DNA of 61,909 nt, the filler included. It is 3 parts of 3 records of this genome, joined end to end, with 100 filler letters (N's around TTAATTAATTAA, not from the genome) between each part and the next. Parts side by side here need not be neighbours in the genome. Positions count along the whole stretch, not along the records: positions 1 to 28,855 come from SRR31156797_5994; 2 more parts are not named here. One strand, 5' to 3'. Below are positions 1 to 10,999 of this stretch, in pieces (position 1 is the stretch's first letter; every line of letters begins with the position of its first letter). A program made the position numbers and the translations under genes. The notes beneath the pieces were generated by a model. That model was not told where the DNA came from, did not search any database, and saw nothing but the letters and a program-made list of their open reading frames with translations.

Positions 1-31
1 ACTTGAAACTTGAAACCTGAAACTTGAAACT
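1..31. repeat. Heptamer tandem repeat (CTTGAAA/CCTGAAA)n
   Basis: acttgaaacttgaaacctgaaacttgaaact; the same unit recurs at 40788-40845 and 43526-43715. Confidence 0.85.
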
Positions 32-71
32 AATCATGAGAAAATACTATTTTTACAAAAAACTGAGACAA

Positions 72-719
72 ATGCGCAAAGAACAACGATTTCAAAAGGT
101 AATTGACTATTTTCTTGAAGCTATGCCTGTGGCGGAAACTGAACTGCACCATAGAGACCCATATGAGCTGTTAGTGGCTGTAATTTTATCAGCACAATGT
201 ACCGACAAAAGAGTAAATCAAATCACACCTCCACTATTTGCTACATACCCTACCGCAAAACAACTAGCCGAAGCTTCAGTAGAAGATATTTTTGAGTACA
301 TCAAATCGTGCTCTTACCCTAACAACAAAGCCAAACACCTCAGTGGAATGGCAAAAATGTTAGTTACGGATTTCAACAGTGAAGTACCAGCAGATATTAC
401 TGAACTACAAAAATTACCAGGTGTGGGACGTAAAACTGCCAATGTTATAGCTTCAGTAATTTACAACAAACCAGCCATGGCAGTTGATACGCATGTTTTT
501 AGAGTAGCAGCCCGCATTGGATTAACCTACAACGCTAAAACACCTTTAGAAACAGAAAAACAGTTAGTAAAACATATACCTGAGGAGCTAATACCAAGAG
601 CTCATCATTGGTTAATTTTACACGGACGCTACGTGTGTTTGGCCCGCACACCTAAATGCAAACAATGTGGATTGAAAAATTTTTGTAAGCATTACGACAA
701 GCTGCAAAAAAAATCATGA
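72..719 (+). CDS. nth: Endonuclease III (HhH-GPD glycosylase/AP lyase)
   Basis: LLVAVILSAQCTD, LPGVGRKTANV, AVDTHV, C-terminal 4Fe-4S motif C-x6-C-x2-C-x5-C; start placed at ATG 72 because the ORF-track start lies in the repeat. Confidence 0.96.
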   Translation: MRKEQRFQKVIDYFLEAMPVAETELHHRDPYELLVAVILSAQCTDKRVNQITPPLFATYPTAKQLAEASVEDIFEYIKSCSYPNNKAKHLSGMAKMLVTDFNSEVPADITELQKLPGVGRKTANVIASVIYNKPAMAVDTHVFRVAARIGLTYNAKTPLETEKQLVKHIPEELIPRAHHWLILHGRYVCLARTPKCKQCGLKNFCKHYDKLQKKS

Positions 720-850
720 AATTTTTAATATACGTTTGATTCTCTTTCTTTACCCCGACCCTAAAGGGAGGAAAGAGAATCTTGTGCCAATTTAAAGATT
801 GCAAAAGACAAAAAAACAATAAAAAAAGAGGAGTTTTCTAAAAAAATATA

Positions 851-858
851 TACTTTTG
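851..858 (+). promoter_or_regulatory. Bacteroidota -7 promoter element (TAnnTTTG) for the tRNA
   Basis: TACTTTTG 18 nt upstream of the tRNA 5' end. Confidence 0.6.
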
Positions 859-876
859 CCCTCCGAATTTATAGAT

Positions 877-950
877 GGTTCCATAGCTCAACTGGATAGA
901 GCAACAGCCTTCTAAGCTGTAGGTTCCAGGTTCGAGTCCTGGTGGAATCA
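877..950 (+). tRNA. tRNA-Arg(TCT)
   Basis: Acceptor stem GGTTCCA/TGGAATC, D-arm TAGCTCAACTGGATAGAGC, anticodon arm ACAGC-CTTCTAA-GCTGT, T-loop GGTTCGAGTCC; CCA not encoded. Confidence 0.97.
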
Positions 951-1074
951 CAGAGACAGGAATGAGAGAGCGAGTATCGAGCGCAAGTTTGGTACTCGTT
1001 TTTTTATGCAATTTAGAGACAAACATTAGATCAGTTAGATTGTCTTAATTTCAATCATATACAAAGTACTATAA

Positions 1075-1395
1075 ATGAAAGATGCCCCAAATACGGATGA
1101 AACCCAACAACCCAAAACGAGGACTCTAAAAGACCTGGTAGACACGCCTTTTAAAAAGGCCATGTTTGTGGTGCAAATAATCAGCTATATTCTCATAGTA
1201 GGCTCTCCGGCAATTGGAGCCTTAATAGGCAATCAATTCGATTTGAGCACGGGACAAACGGCCGGTGTTATTTTAGGAATTTTTATTGCTGGAGAAGTGC
1301 TCTTTTATGGATCTCTTTTCTTCCTTGGGAAAGAATTGATTTTAATTATTAAGAGTAAAATGAAGAATCTATTTAAGAGAAAAAGACCCTCATAA
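1075..1395 (+). CDS. Small two-TM membrane protein (transporter-suffix-domain-like)
   Basis: Two hydrophobic segments, GEVLFY..LFFLGKE motif, basic tail. Confidence 0.6.
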   Translation: MKDAPNTDETQQPKTRTLKDLVDTPFKKAMFVVQIISYILIVGSPAIGALIGNQFDLSTGQTAGVILGIFIAGEVLFYGSLFFLGKELILIIKSKMKNLFKRKRPS

Positions 1396-1629
1396 TTTCT
1401 TCTTAATCCCCACGTACTTACCACAACTTACATTCTAATATACAACTACTTATATAGTAAATTCTTTTTTTTAGGAATTCTGTAACAAAAGTTTTAATTT
1501 TATTCATTATTGCATGTGAAGAAGTGTTTTTTGTATCAGAAAATCGGGGAAGGTGGGTCTTTTCAAAAATCACAACTCTTCTTATAACAGGCTCGAAACA
1601 ACGGTAGGTTTAATATAATTTCTAATCCG

Positions 1630-4590
1630 ATGAAAAATAAAATCTTTAGCTATATACTGCTAAGTGGTATGGCATTGCTCTCATTAAATCTTAGCACAAA
1701 AGCTCAAAATGTAATTATTGCTGACGATGATTCATTTTCGGCTCATAGCTCTGCCATGCTCCATGTGAAATCACTTAATAAAGGATTACTCATCCCACAG
1801 CTTACGGAAGCTCAACGCAATGCGATTGTTTCTCCTGCTGATGGACTCCTAATTTATCAAACCAATAATAACCCCGGTATTTATATTTACCAGAGTGGTT
1901 GGAAACTATTGGGCAGCGATTTGGGGACACATACCGCCACAGAAAATCTCATGCTCAATGATAATTGGTTAAGCAATGATGGCGATGATGAAGGTATAAT
2001 TATTACAGATGATGGAAAAGTTGGTATTGACACTACTTCACCCCAAGTCAAACTCCATGTTGTGAGTGAAGATAACGATATTGCCATATTTGAATCAAGA
2101 TCCAGTCATAGTATAATCCACATTAAAAGTAAAGACTCCAGTAAAGTTGCAGCTCTGTACGGCAGCTTAGGAAATGATGCCGTTGGAGCTTTAGATTTTA
2201 GACCACTTACAGGAGATTTAACCCTATGGACTAACGATTTAGGAGGTAGTTCATGGCATCAAAGAATGATGATAAAAAACAGTAGTGGATATGTAGGAAT
2301 CGGAACAGATGCACCAACAAGTCAACTTACAATTCAAACTAGTGGTTCCGGTTATAATGGTTTTTCAGGATTACATATTAAAGAATTAACAGATCGAGGC
2401 ACACTTACATTGGAAAGTGTAACTAATGACCCAACGGATTTTGTAATGAAAAACAATAATCGCTACAATTGGTCAATAAGCAGTCGTAATTCATTATCAA
2501 ATTATTCACTCAATTTTTACGCTTCTGCTGATGGGTCATCTTCATTCTCAACATTAGCAATGAGTATGGCAACCGATGGTAAGATAGGTATTGGTATTTC
2601 AGACCCTGCATACACTCTTGACGTAAATGGTGAAGTAACATCTCGTTCGTATAATGCCTTTCGATTAAGACAAAGCAACTATAGCGCTATTCTCAGGAAT
2701 GATAAAAATGCATTTTATTTACTTCTCACAAACAATGGCGACCCTGATGGTACCTGGAATAGCCTGCGACCATTTTCAGTCAATCTGGCTACTGGTAATA
2801 TTTCATTAGCAAATTCAGTTTCAATTACCCATGGTGGTGATATAAATATTAATGATAATACTATTTACGTAAGAGCTACAAGTGACAATGCATATGGAAT
2901 GGGATATGATGTGGAAGGAGGGCAACAGTTAACTATATTTAGTGATCATATCATTGATTTTACAGAAAGTGATCAAGAAATTAATGTAATGCGCATTGAT
3001 GCCAATGCTGCTAAAGTAGGGATTGGAACTACAAGCCCTACCGCGAAACTTTCGGTACAGGCAACTGCCAGCACCGGCGACACCCTTTTTGCGGTAAAAG
3101 ATTTAGATGGCAATAATGTATTTGTAGTATATCCGGATGCCGTGCAAGTTATTGTTCCTACTGATACTAAAGGAGGAAAATCAAATAAAAAAGGAGCCTT
3201 CTTAGTAAGTGGCCGTGGCTCAAACAAAGCTGAATCTAATTTTATGAATATGACCAAAGAAAATTACTTGATTGGGCACAATGTAGGTATAAATATAACT
3301 GGAACTCAAAACTCAATATTAGGTTATGAAGCCGGTCGAGATCTGTCTTCAGGTGTCTATAATACTATGGTTGGTTATCAGGCTGGATTGGAAAATACAA
3401 CAGCCAGCTCTAATGTATTTATTGGCTACAGGGCTGGTTTTAACAATACTACAAATGGAGGGCAAATTTTTATTGGAAGAGAAGCTGGATGGAATAATAG
3501 TTACGGAGACAATAATATTTACATAGGATACCAAAGTGGCCATAGTAATACCAGTGGTTTAAATAATATTTGCATTGGTTACAATTCAATGCTTGGAGGA
3601 GATGGATCTTATAATACTTTTTTAGGTTATGAAACAGGCTATACATCTGGCGTTTCCAGCTATAATACATTAATTGGATATATGAGTGGTAGAGGAATAT
3701 CGTATGGTAATGACAATACATGTGTTGGGAGGGCATCAGGAGGAAGTTTAGGTAATGGTAAGAATAACGTATTGTTAGGAAATTATGCCGGTTATGAAGT
3801 ATCTGGAGATTATAACACCCATATTGGAAATTATGCGGGCTATGGTAATGAAAATGGAAACTATAATGTATTTATTGGAAACTTTGCAGGGTACTATGAA
3901 ACGGGTTCGAATAAATTATATATTGATGTATCAAATACATCATCACCTTTAATCTGGGGTGATTTTAGTGCAAACACCGTAAATATTAATGGAGAGTTTG
4001 CGGTGAATAATTCCAATCCGTCCTACACTTTTGATTTAGTGAGCACAACTCCTGGAAACTCATCCTCAGCAAGCTATGCAGGCCGCATTTATCATCAATA
4101 TAATTCAAATTATGCCCGGGGACTCATCATACGTACAGGCAACTCTTCCGGCTCAACAAGTGGTAGTGTTTACTTTATTCGCTGTTCCGATTATGATGGT
4201 TCATATGTGGGAAATATATACTCTAGCAATGGAAGTTTGCAAATAGCAGCTAAGGGACCTTCTAAAAGTCGTGATATAACCAGAAAATCAACCAAAAAGG
4301 CTTTAAATATTATTAATAACCTAGAAGTAGTTGATTATAAGTTCGATACAAATAATGAGTATTTTCAAACAGGTTTTATTGCCAAAGATGCTATAAATAT
4401 TGTACCTGAAATAGTCAATTTTGACGAAGTAGAAAACGAATATTCGATTGCATACAGCGCCCTTGTGCCAATTCTTACCAAAGCGCTTCAAGAACAACAT
4501 GCTAAAATAGAAGCAAAAGACATAGAAATTGAAAACTTAAAAGCTAGATTAGAGGTGGTTGAGCAATTTATCCAAAATCAAAACAAATAA
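1630..4590 (+). CDS. Secreted trimeric fibre-like repeat protein with C-terminal S74-type intramolecular chaperone domain
   Basis: Signal peptide; GKVGIGTxxP repeats; ~14-aa NxxIGYxAG beta-helix repeats; C-terminal TGFIAKD...VPEIV...YSALVPILTKALQEQ plus coiled coil. Confidence 0.8.
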   Translation: MKNKIFSYILLSGMALLSLNLSTKAQNVIIADDDSFSAHSSAMLHVKSLNKGLLIPQLTEAQRNAIVSPADGLLIYQTNNNPGIYIYQSGWKLLGSDLGTHTATENLMLNDNWLSNDGDDEGIIITDDGKVGIDTTSPQVKLHVVSEDNDIAIFESRSSHSIIHIKSKDSSKVAALYGSLGNDAVGALDFRPLTGDLTLWTNDLGGSSWHQRMMIKNSSGYVGIGTDAPTSQLTIQTSGSGYNGFSGLHIKELTDRGTLTLESVTNDPTDFVMKNNNRYNWSISSRNSLSNYSLNFYASADGSSSFSTLAMSMATDGKIGIGISDPAYTLDVNGEVTSRSYNAFRLRQSNYSAILRNDKNAFYLLLTNNGDPDGTWNSLRPFSVNLATGNISLANSVSITHGGDININDNTIYVRATSDNAYGMGYDVEGGQQLTIFSDHIIDFTESDQEINVMRIDANAAKVGIGTTSPTAKLSVQATASTGDTLFAVKDLDGNNVFVVYPDAVQVIVPTDTKGGKSNKKGAFLVSGRGSNKAESNFMNMTKENYLIGHNVGINITGTQNSILGYEAGRDLSSGVYNTMVGYQAGLENTTASSNVFIGYRAGFNNTTNGGQIFIGREAGWNNSYGDNNIYIGYQSGHSNTSGLNNICIGYNSMLGGDGSYNTFLGYETGYTSGVSSYNTLIGYMSGRGISYGNDNTCVGRASGGSLGNGKNNVLLGNYAGYEVSGDYNTHIGNYAGYGNENGNYNVFIGNFAGYYETGSNKLYIDVSNTSSPLIWGDFSANTVNINGEFAVNNSNPSYTFDLVSTTPGNSSSASYAGRIYHQYNSNYARGLIIRTGNSSGSTSGSVYFIRCSDYDGSYVGNIYSSNGSLQIAAKGPSKSRDITRKSTKKALNIINNLEVVDYKFDTNNEYFQTGFIAKDAINIVPEIVNFDEVENEYSIAYSALVPILTKALQEQHAKIEAKDIEIENLKARLEVVEQFIQNQNK

Positions 4591-4591
4591 C

Positions 4592-7500
4592 ATGTTAAAG
4601 AAAGTATTGATTCTTTTTTTTATTTTTTTAATAAGTTTTTTCTCTGGTTTTTCTCAGATTAACAAATATGGACAACCGTTTTTTACAAACTATACCATCA
4701 AAGACTATAAAGCCAATAGTCAAAACTGGGCTATTGCTCAAGATAATAGGGGCGTACTATATTTTGCTAATAATGATGGAGTTTTACAATACGATGGCCA
4801 TAATTGGGAATTAATAAAAATCAATAGAGATGCCATTGTACGTTCACTGGCAATAGATACTCAGGGAATAATATATATTGGTGCTGAAAACGAATTTGGT
4901 TTTATAAAACCAAATGCACAAGGAAAACTAGTTTACAAATCAATTTCAGATTCTTTAAATAAAGAAAACAGTAACTTTTCTAATATAGAAAAAATTCACA
5001 TAACCAATACTGGTATTTTATTCTGTGGATTTAGAAAAATTTTTAAATATTTCAACAAGCAAATAAAAATAATTAATCTACCAAAAGGTGGATTCTTTAC
5101 CCTACAAGTAAACAAAACCCATTACATGGGAAATTATTATCATGGACTTATGAAATTGAAAGATACAGCCTTTGTTACTTGTAAGGGAGGCGAATTTTAT
5201 GCACAAAAAGATATTTATCATTTAGCTCCTTATTCAAAAGAAGAATTACTTATTCAAACCTTACGCAATGGCATATACATCTACAACACAAGAACTGGGA
5301 ATTCAAGTCAACCCATAGGTTCCAAATCAAATCTTCTGAATGAATACCTAGCAGAGTATTTTTTACGAAATGCCATTTCCTATGGTCAGGATTACATTAT
5401 CAATACTTGTTTTGGTGGTAGTTTAATGGTTGATTCCTTATTTAAAGCACGGGAAATTATCGACAAAAACCTTGGATTACAGGATGATCGAATTGCAGCA
5501 GCTGAAATTCATAAAACCAACACAGCAACTTCTCCACTTTGGTTAGCCATGATGAACGGGATATCAAAAATTGAATTTCCCATTTCATTGCGATATTTCG
5601 ATGAAAAGTTTGGTCTTGAAGATGAAATATACGACCTATTTCATTTTCGGGGAAATATGTATTTCTCATCTATAAATGGAGTTTATGTGCTTGAAGAAAA
5701 AGACAATTATCCTTTCTTCCAAAAAATAAAAAACACTGCAGGTGAATGCTGGAGTATTACCACTTATAATGACATAATACTTTTTGGAGGCGAGTACAAT
5801 ATTTATATTCTATCGAATGAACATATTAATACATTTAAAACTAATGCTTTTGTTACGAAACTATATTATTCTGATAATCATCAAATTTTATTTGTGGGGG
5901 AAGAAGATGGTTTATACTTATACCGTATCCAACAAAAAAGTCTAATTGGGGAAAACAAAATACCGCAAATCAAGGATCGTATTTTAAAGATTTTTGAAGA
6001 TGCTAGCAGCAATATCTGGTTGACAACTGGCAATAGCGAACTGATAAAGGTTCAAATAACTAAGAACGATACAATCATTCAATTCTATAATGAAAGTAGA
6101 GGATTACCTGAATCAGAGAACTTACATGTATTTGAATTAAATAACAGAATGTACTTTTCTACCAAAAGCAATATATATGAATATAATCAAGAAACTGATA
6201 GTATAGTTTTAGCGACAGAAATGAATCTATTCCTTAAAAAGAAAATGATGGGAATTGATAATTTTCATGTGACCAAAGACCACTATTGGTTTATTTCTAA
6301 TAATAAAGAAAAAGGCTCAAACGAAGTCAAGCATATCCGGAAAAATCCGGATCTAACCTACACTGATTTGAGCACACCTTTTAAACGACTGCCAGAGTGT
6401 GTGATAAATGCAATTTATCCGGATGAAGATGGTGTTTTATGGATTGCTACTTCTGAAGGACTTTTTACTTACAATCCGAAGCCAGAAGTAAGTTATGATG
6501 ACCCATTCAATACCCTAATCCGAAAAGTATACATTAGCGAAGACTCCATTATTTATCATGGCAATAGATTGGTAAATGAAGAGCAAATAATCCCTATTCT
6601 TGAATACCAAAACAATGGGCTTACTTTCCACTACTCAGCCACATCCTACATTGAAGAGTCAGAAAATGAATACAGCTACTTCCTTGAAGGGTTTAACGAA
6701 ACCGCTAATGAATGGTCAAACTGGAGTACCGAAACTAAAAAAGAATATACCAACCTGCGTGAGGGAACATACACATTCAAGGTGAAGGCCCGCAATATTT
6801 ATGATACTGAGAGTAGTATCGCCACTTTTGCTTTCCAAATTAAACCACCATGGTATCGTACTTTTGCGGCTTACAGTGGCTATTTTGTGTTGCTGATTAT
6901 TTTAATTTACATTATCGTTAAACTTAACATACGACGGTTACAAGCTGACAAAGAACGATTGGAAGGCATTGTGAAAGAGCGCACTGCAGAAATTCGCCAT
7001 CAACGAGATCAAATTGAAAAGCAACATGATGAAATCACGGCCAGCATCAAATATGCTAAACGTATACAACGGGCATTGCTACCACCTGACGAGCTGCTAT
7101 TTTCCAGGTTGCCTAATCACTTTGTGCTTTTCAAACCACGAGATGTGGTCAGTGGAGATTTTTACTGGATGAAGCAGGAAGGAGACCTTACCCTCATCAC
7201 TGCAGCAGACTGCACAGGACATGGCGTTCCGGGAGCATTTATGAGCATGTTAGGAATGGCTTTCTTAAACGAAATCGTAAAAAATGGTGGAGTACTCACA
7301 GCAGGCCGTATATTGACACAACTGCGCGACAAAGTTAAAACCTCACTGCGCCAAACGGGTAAAGAAGGGGAAGCCAAAGACGGAATGGACATTGCATTTT
7401 GCGTAATAGATCAAAAAAAGCGTAAACTTCAATTTGCCGGAGCATACAATCCACTCTTCTTGATTCGCACTGTAGATCAACCCGCACCGGAAAAAATGGA

Positions 7501-7840
7501 CTGCATTAAAACCGTTTCAACCGAAACGCATACACTCTACGAAGTGAAGGCTGATAAAATGCCAATTGGTATTCATATTAGCGAAAAAGAAAACTTCACC
7601 AATTTCCAATTAGACCTTTTGGAAAACGATACTATATATATGTTTTCCGATGGCTATGCCGATCAAATTGGCGGTGAAAAAAACCGGAAGTTTATGTCTA
7701 AACACTTCAAGCAGCTTTTATTAGAGATTCAACACGAGACAATGGATCAGCAAAAGAAAACACTTAATTTGACCATCGAAAACTGGAAAGGCGACCAGGA
7801 ACAAGTGGATGATATTGTGCTGATTGGGATTAAAATGTAA
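4592..7840 (+). CDS. Membrane sensor phosphatase: beta-propeller + Y_Y_Y + TM + SpoIIE/PP2C domain
   Basis: QDNRGVLYFAN propeller repeats; YTNLREGTYTFKVKARN; PPWYRT then TM; PRDVVSGDFYW, ADCTGHGVPGA, FSDGYADQ, QVDDI. Confidence 0.9.
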   Translation: MLKKVLILFFIFLISFFSGFSQINKYGQPFFTNYTIKDYKANSQNWAIAQDNRGVLYFANNDGVLQYDGHNWELIKINRDAIVRSLAIDTQGIIYIGAENEFGFIKPNAQGKLVYKSISDSLNKENSNFSNIEKIHITNTGILFCGFRKIFKYFNKQIKIINLPKGGFFTLQVNKTHYMGNYYHGLMKLKDTAFVTCKGGEFYAQKDIYHLAPYSKEELLIQTLRNGIYIYNTRTGNSSQPIGSKSNLLNEYLAEYFLRNAISYGQDYIINTCFGGSLMVDSLFKAREIIDKNLGLQDDRIAAAEIHKTNTATSPLWLAMMNGISKIEFPISLRYFDEKFGLEDEIYDLFHFRGNMYFSSINGVYVLEEKDNYPFFQKIKNTAGECWSITTYNDIILFGGEYNIYILSNEHINTFKTNAFVTKLYYSDNHQILFVGEEDGLYLYRIQQKSLIGENKIPQIKDRILKIFEDASSNIWLTTGNSELIKVQITKNDTIIQFYNESRGLPESENLHVFELNNRMYFSTKSNIYEYNQETDSIVLATEMNLFLKKKMMGIDNFHVTKDHYWFISNNKEKGSNEVKHIRKNPDLTYTDLSTPFKRLPECVINAIYPDEDGVLWIATSEGLFTYNPKPEVSYDDPFNTLIRKVYISEDSIIYHGNRLVNEEQIIPILEYQNNGLTFHYSATSYIEESENEYSYFLEGFNETANEWSNWSTETKKEYTNLREGTYTFKVKARNIYDTESSIATFAFQIKPPWYRTFAAYSGYFVLLIILIYIIVKLNIRRLQADKERLEGIVKERTAEIRHQRDQIEKQHDEITASIKYAKRIQRALLPPDELLFSRLPNHFVLFKPRDVVSGDFYWMKQEGDLTLITAADCTGHGVPGAFMSMLGMAFLNEIVKNGGVLTAGRILTQLRDKVKTSLRQTGKEGEAKDGMDIAFCVIDQKKRKLQFAGAYNPLFLIRTVDQPAPEKMDCIKTVSTETHTLYEVKADKMPIGIHISEKENFTNFQLDLLENDTIYMFSDGYADQIGGEKNRKFMSKHFKQLLLEIQHETMDQQKKTLNLTIENWKGDQEQVDDIVLIGIKM

Positions 7841-7882
7841 AAAATGAAGACATAATAAACAATACCCATTAAGGATATCAAA

Positions 7883-8332
7883 ATGAATGAAACCCAACTT
7901 ACAGAAAATGCAAAGAACCTGTTCAATTCAGGTTACAATTGTTCTCAATCCGTACTCTCAACTTTTGCAGAATACCTTCGAATTAACAATGAAATAGCTA
8001 CCCATATAGCAGCTGGATTTGGTGCAGGAATGGGAAGATTACAAAATACTTGTGGAGCCGTTACAGGTGCCTACATGGTTTTTGGTCGTTATTGTGGCAA
8101 TAAATACGAAACCAACAAGGAAATTGTGGAAGCCACCTATGAGATGATCCAAACCTTTGAACAAAGATTTTCAGAGAAAAACAAAACAACAAACTGCAAA
8201 AAACTCATAGATTGTGATCTAACAACCGAAGAAGGTAAAAATAGGTTTCGGGAAGAAAATTTGAAAGAAAAAATTTGCGAAGCTTGTGTAGTTGATGCTG
8301 TTGAAATTATACAAGCACAAATTAAGCATTAA
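7883..8332 (+). CDS. C_GCAxxG_C_C family putative redox protein
   Basis: YNCSQS, GFGAGMG..TCGAVTG and two further Cys. Confidence 0.88.
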   Translation: MNETQLTENAKNLFNSGYNCSQSVLSTFAEYLRINNEIATHIAAGFGAGMGRLQNTCGAVTGAYMVFGRYCGNKYETNKEIVEATYEMIQTFEQRFSEKNKTTNCKKLIDCDLTTEEGKNRFREENLKEKICEACVVDAVEIIQAQIKH

Positions 8333-8361
8333 AAAATATAATTCTAACTTCTTAATTGATT

Positions 8362-10803
8362 CTATCTTGCAAATTCCATATTCAATCCGCTCAATAGTTC
8401 ACTAATCTTGACTATAGCATGGTCTAAAAGCTTCCGTTCAGCTGTGGTAAGCATATTGAGATCCAAAAGATTGTCAGGAAGTTCATGATTCATTATTGCA
8501 TTAGATTGTATCTCCAGGCGCTTATGAGTAAGAAAATCATAGATGTATAAAATCTCACGAACATCAACTCGCTCAAGCTTTTCTTTGAGCTGCGTAAGTC
8601 GTGAAATGGTATTAGTTGCATTAAACTGAGCATGCAGACTATAAATACGAATGGCTGAGACCAATGGGAAAATCACTTTCTTCAAATCTAAAGTTTCACT
8701 TTCGATAGCCGGTTTAAAGCGAATTAAGCTTTGGGACATATGATAAAAAAAGAGACCATTTTTAGGAGTTTGCTTATTTAAATGGTACCGCAACATTTCT
8801 GAGAGTTGCATATTACCATACACACACCTAAAATCAAAGAAAATACTACTATCCAATACATTTTGCGGTTCGGGTGATTGGGTCCAGTCATCAAAATATT
8901 TTTTCCACACCGATAATGGCTGACACCATTTAGTATTGCTAGCCATCACATCGCCTTTACAACGGTTATACCCTATTTTGTGCAAATCCTCAGTCACTTG
9001 TTTAGCCAAACTGTCAAAATATGGTTTAACTCCTTCTTTATCTTCAAATACTATGGCATTATCCTGATCAGTATAGAGCGTTTCTTCCATACGTCCCTCA
9101 CTACCCATTACCATAAAACAGAATGCTACTGGGGGCTCACCCAATGAACTAATGCCTAACTCAATAACACGTTGATGAATTGCATCGGCCACATAGGAAT
9201 TCACATAGGTTATGTTAGTAGCTTTACTACCACTATCTAAAAGTGCCTTTACCAATATGGGCACACGCTTATGTAACTGCACCAACTTATCAACTGTTTC
9301 AGCAGCATAAATCTCTTTGGCCAGATACCCAAGACTATTCTGCTGAAATTCAAGTAATTGATTTTTTCCGACAACCCCAATCGGTTCCCCCTCACTGTTT
9401 TTTACCAGCAAATGCGAGGCATTCGTTTTCCAACACTTAATAACAGCTTTGTATAATGGAGCTGTATCCTCAATACACTCTACGGGAGCTGTCATAATCT
9501 CTGAAGCTTGAGTATTTGCATCCTTTCCAACGGCAACTAAACGTTCAGGAATATCAGCTTCAGATATAACACCAACTATTTGACCGCCAGCAGTTACAAA
9601 CACTACATTGCTTTTATGGCGTTTCATCAGTTTAGCTACTTGTTTTACAGTAGACTCGTATGAAACTGTTAGATGAGGCTGAATATTATTGGTAATTGGT
9701 TTACTCATATTAAGCATGGGTAACTGTAATTCGCGCGCCAATTCTTGTGCTTCTTTACTCATTTGGCGATCAGTTGTCACATCTTTCACAATTACAATAT
9801 AACCCTCAGATCCTGAATAATCTACCTTTGAGATGGTAAGCACCACCTCTTTAGATTGCTTGGGTGAAATAATCAAATTCGCCTCAATATTATGCGACTT
9901 ATCGGGTTGTTTGATATTGTCCTTTACAGTGGACCATTTCACAGAAAAGAGCTCATCAAATATTAGTTGCCGGGCATCTTCGCTATTAAGTTCCATTAAT
10001 TTACGAAACTTTAAATTATGGTAAATAATCTTATCATTGACCATCATCAAAGTGCCATCAGTGCTGGCCTCTACAAGGGATTTATATTTTTGTCGGGACA
10101 GTCGTAAATTTTGTTCCGCTACTCTGCGGCGATTCTCGATACGTAAACTTTGACGAATCACATAAAACCATATCAAAATTATGATAAGCACAATGCCTAC
10201 TGAGATGAGTAGTAATCGGTTTTTCAGGTGGGCAATTCCTGCTCGCACATCTTCAAGGTAAATGCCGGTTCCAATAATCCAACCCCAGGCTTCAAAACCC
10301 TTCACATACGATAGTTTAGGAACCACTCGTGTTGTATCATCTTTCCACTGCCAGTAATAGTTGATAAACCCTTCTTCATCTTTTTGTACTACCTCAATCG
10401 CTTCCACAAACAACTTATTCCCATGCTTATCTTCATAATCCGATAAATCATTTCCAATCAACTCCTGACGGTAAGGATGCATGATCATGTAAGGGCGCAT
10501 ATCGGTAATCCAGAAATAATCTTTTCGTGCAGGACCATAGCGCATTTTCTCTATTTGATGAGCAGCTTTAATCTTGGCTTCATCCATCGTCAGTAAACTG
10601 TCTTCAACCTCTTGCTGATGCTCCTCCAATACACTCCATGCCGAATGTGTGAGTTCTTTTATGGTCTCTTTCTTCGCATTTAAAAGATTTTTCTCAAATT
10701 GAGGAATTATCACCACAAAAAAAGTAATGATAAAAAGTAAAATAGCCATGATAGATGGCAAGACAATACTTACGAAAAACTTATAAAGACTTTTACCCGG
10801 CAT
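8362..10803 (-). CDS. Membrane sensor: sCache_2 + PAS-like + CBS pair + DUF294 nucleotidyltransferase
   Basis: TM-YFWITD..MHPY..-TM Cache module; KYKSLVE PAS entry; two CBS repeats; MGSEGRMEE..TDQDNA and SIFFDFR DUF294 motifs. Confidence 0.88.
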   Translation of the reverse strand: MPGKSLYKFFVSIVLPSIMAILLFIITFFVVIIPQFEKNLLNAKKETIKELTHSAWSVLEEHQQEVEDSLLTMDEAKIKAAHQIEKMRYGPARKDYFWITDMRPYMIMHPYRQELIGNDLSDYEDKHGNKLFVEAIEVVQKDEEGFINYYWQWKDDTTRVVPKLSYVKGFEAWGWIIGTGIYLEDVRAGIAHLKNRLLLISVGIVLIIILIWFYVIRQSLRIENRRRVAEQNLRLSRQKYKSLVEASTDGTLMMVNDKIIYHNLKFRKLMELNSEDARQLIFDELFSVKWSTVKDNIKQPDKSHNIEANLIISPKQSKEVVLTISKVDYSGSEGYIVIVKDVTTDRQMSKEAQELARELQLPMLNMSKPITNNIQPHLTVSYESTVKQVAKLMKRHKSNVVFVTAGGQIVGVISEADIPERLVAVGKDANTQASEIMTAPVECIEDTAPLYKAVIKCWKTNASHLLVKNSEGEPIGVVGKNQLLEFQQNSLGYLAKEIYAAETVDKLVQLHKRVPILVKALLDSGSKATNITYVNSYVADAIHQRVIELGISSLGEPPVAFCFMVMGSEGRMEETLYTDQDNAIVFEDKEGVKPYFDSLAKQVTEDLHKIGYNRCKGDVMASNTKWCQPLSVWKKYFDDWTQSPEPQNVLDSSIFFDFRCVYGNMQLSEMLRYHLNKQTPKNGLFFYHMSQSLIRFKPAIESETLDLKKVIFPLVSAIRIYSLHAQFNATNTISRLTQLKEKLERVDVREILYIYDFLTHKRLEIQSNAIMNHELPDNLLDLNMLTTAERKLLDHAIVKISELLSGLNMEFAR

Positions 10804-10864
10804 TGTATTTATTTCTCATTTAAAGATATCTTAAAGCAATGAGAATGGCAAAAAAGACAAAGAC

Positions 10865-10995
10865 AAAATTCAGATTGCAAATAACAAATTACAGAATTCC
10901 AAAAAACAAACTACAAAATATCAAATTTTCACACAAAAAGACAATTGTCCATAATAATGGCAATCTGGAATTTGGATATTGTTTATTGGATTTTA
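10865..10995. repeat. Degenerate 7-nt-period repeat with inverted arm (AAATTCC-like / GGAATTT-like)
   Basis: aaattcagattgcaaataacaaattacagaattccaaa ... tctggaatttggatattg. Confidence 0.5.
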
Positions 10996-10999
10996 AAAA

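Noticed and set aside
838-1026. 62-aa minus-strand ORF
   Set aside because: Antisense shadow of tRNA-Arg
877-4590. Prophage or island integrated at tRNA-Arg with a tail-fibre gene
   Set aside because: No integrase, no duplicated tRNA 3' end seen and no other phage genes; the fibre protein has a Sec signal peptide
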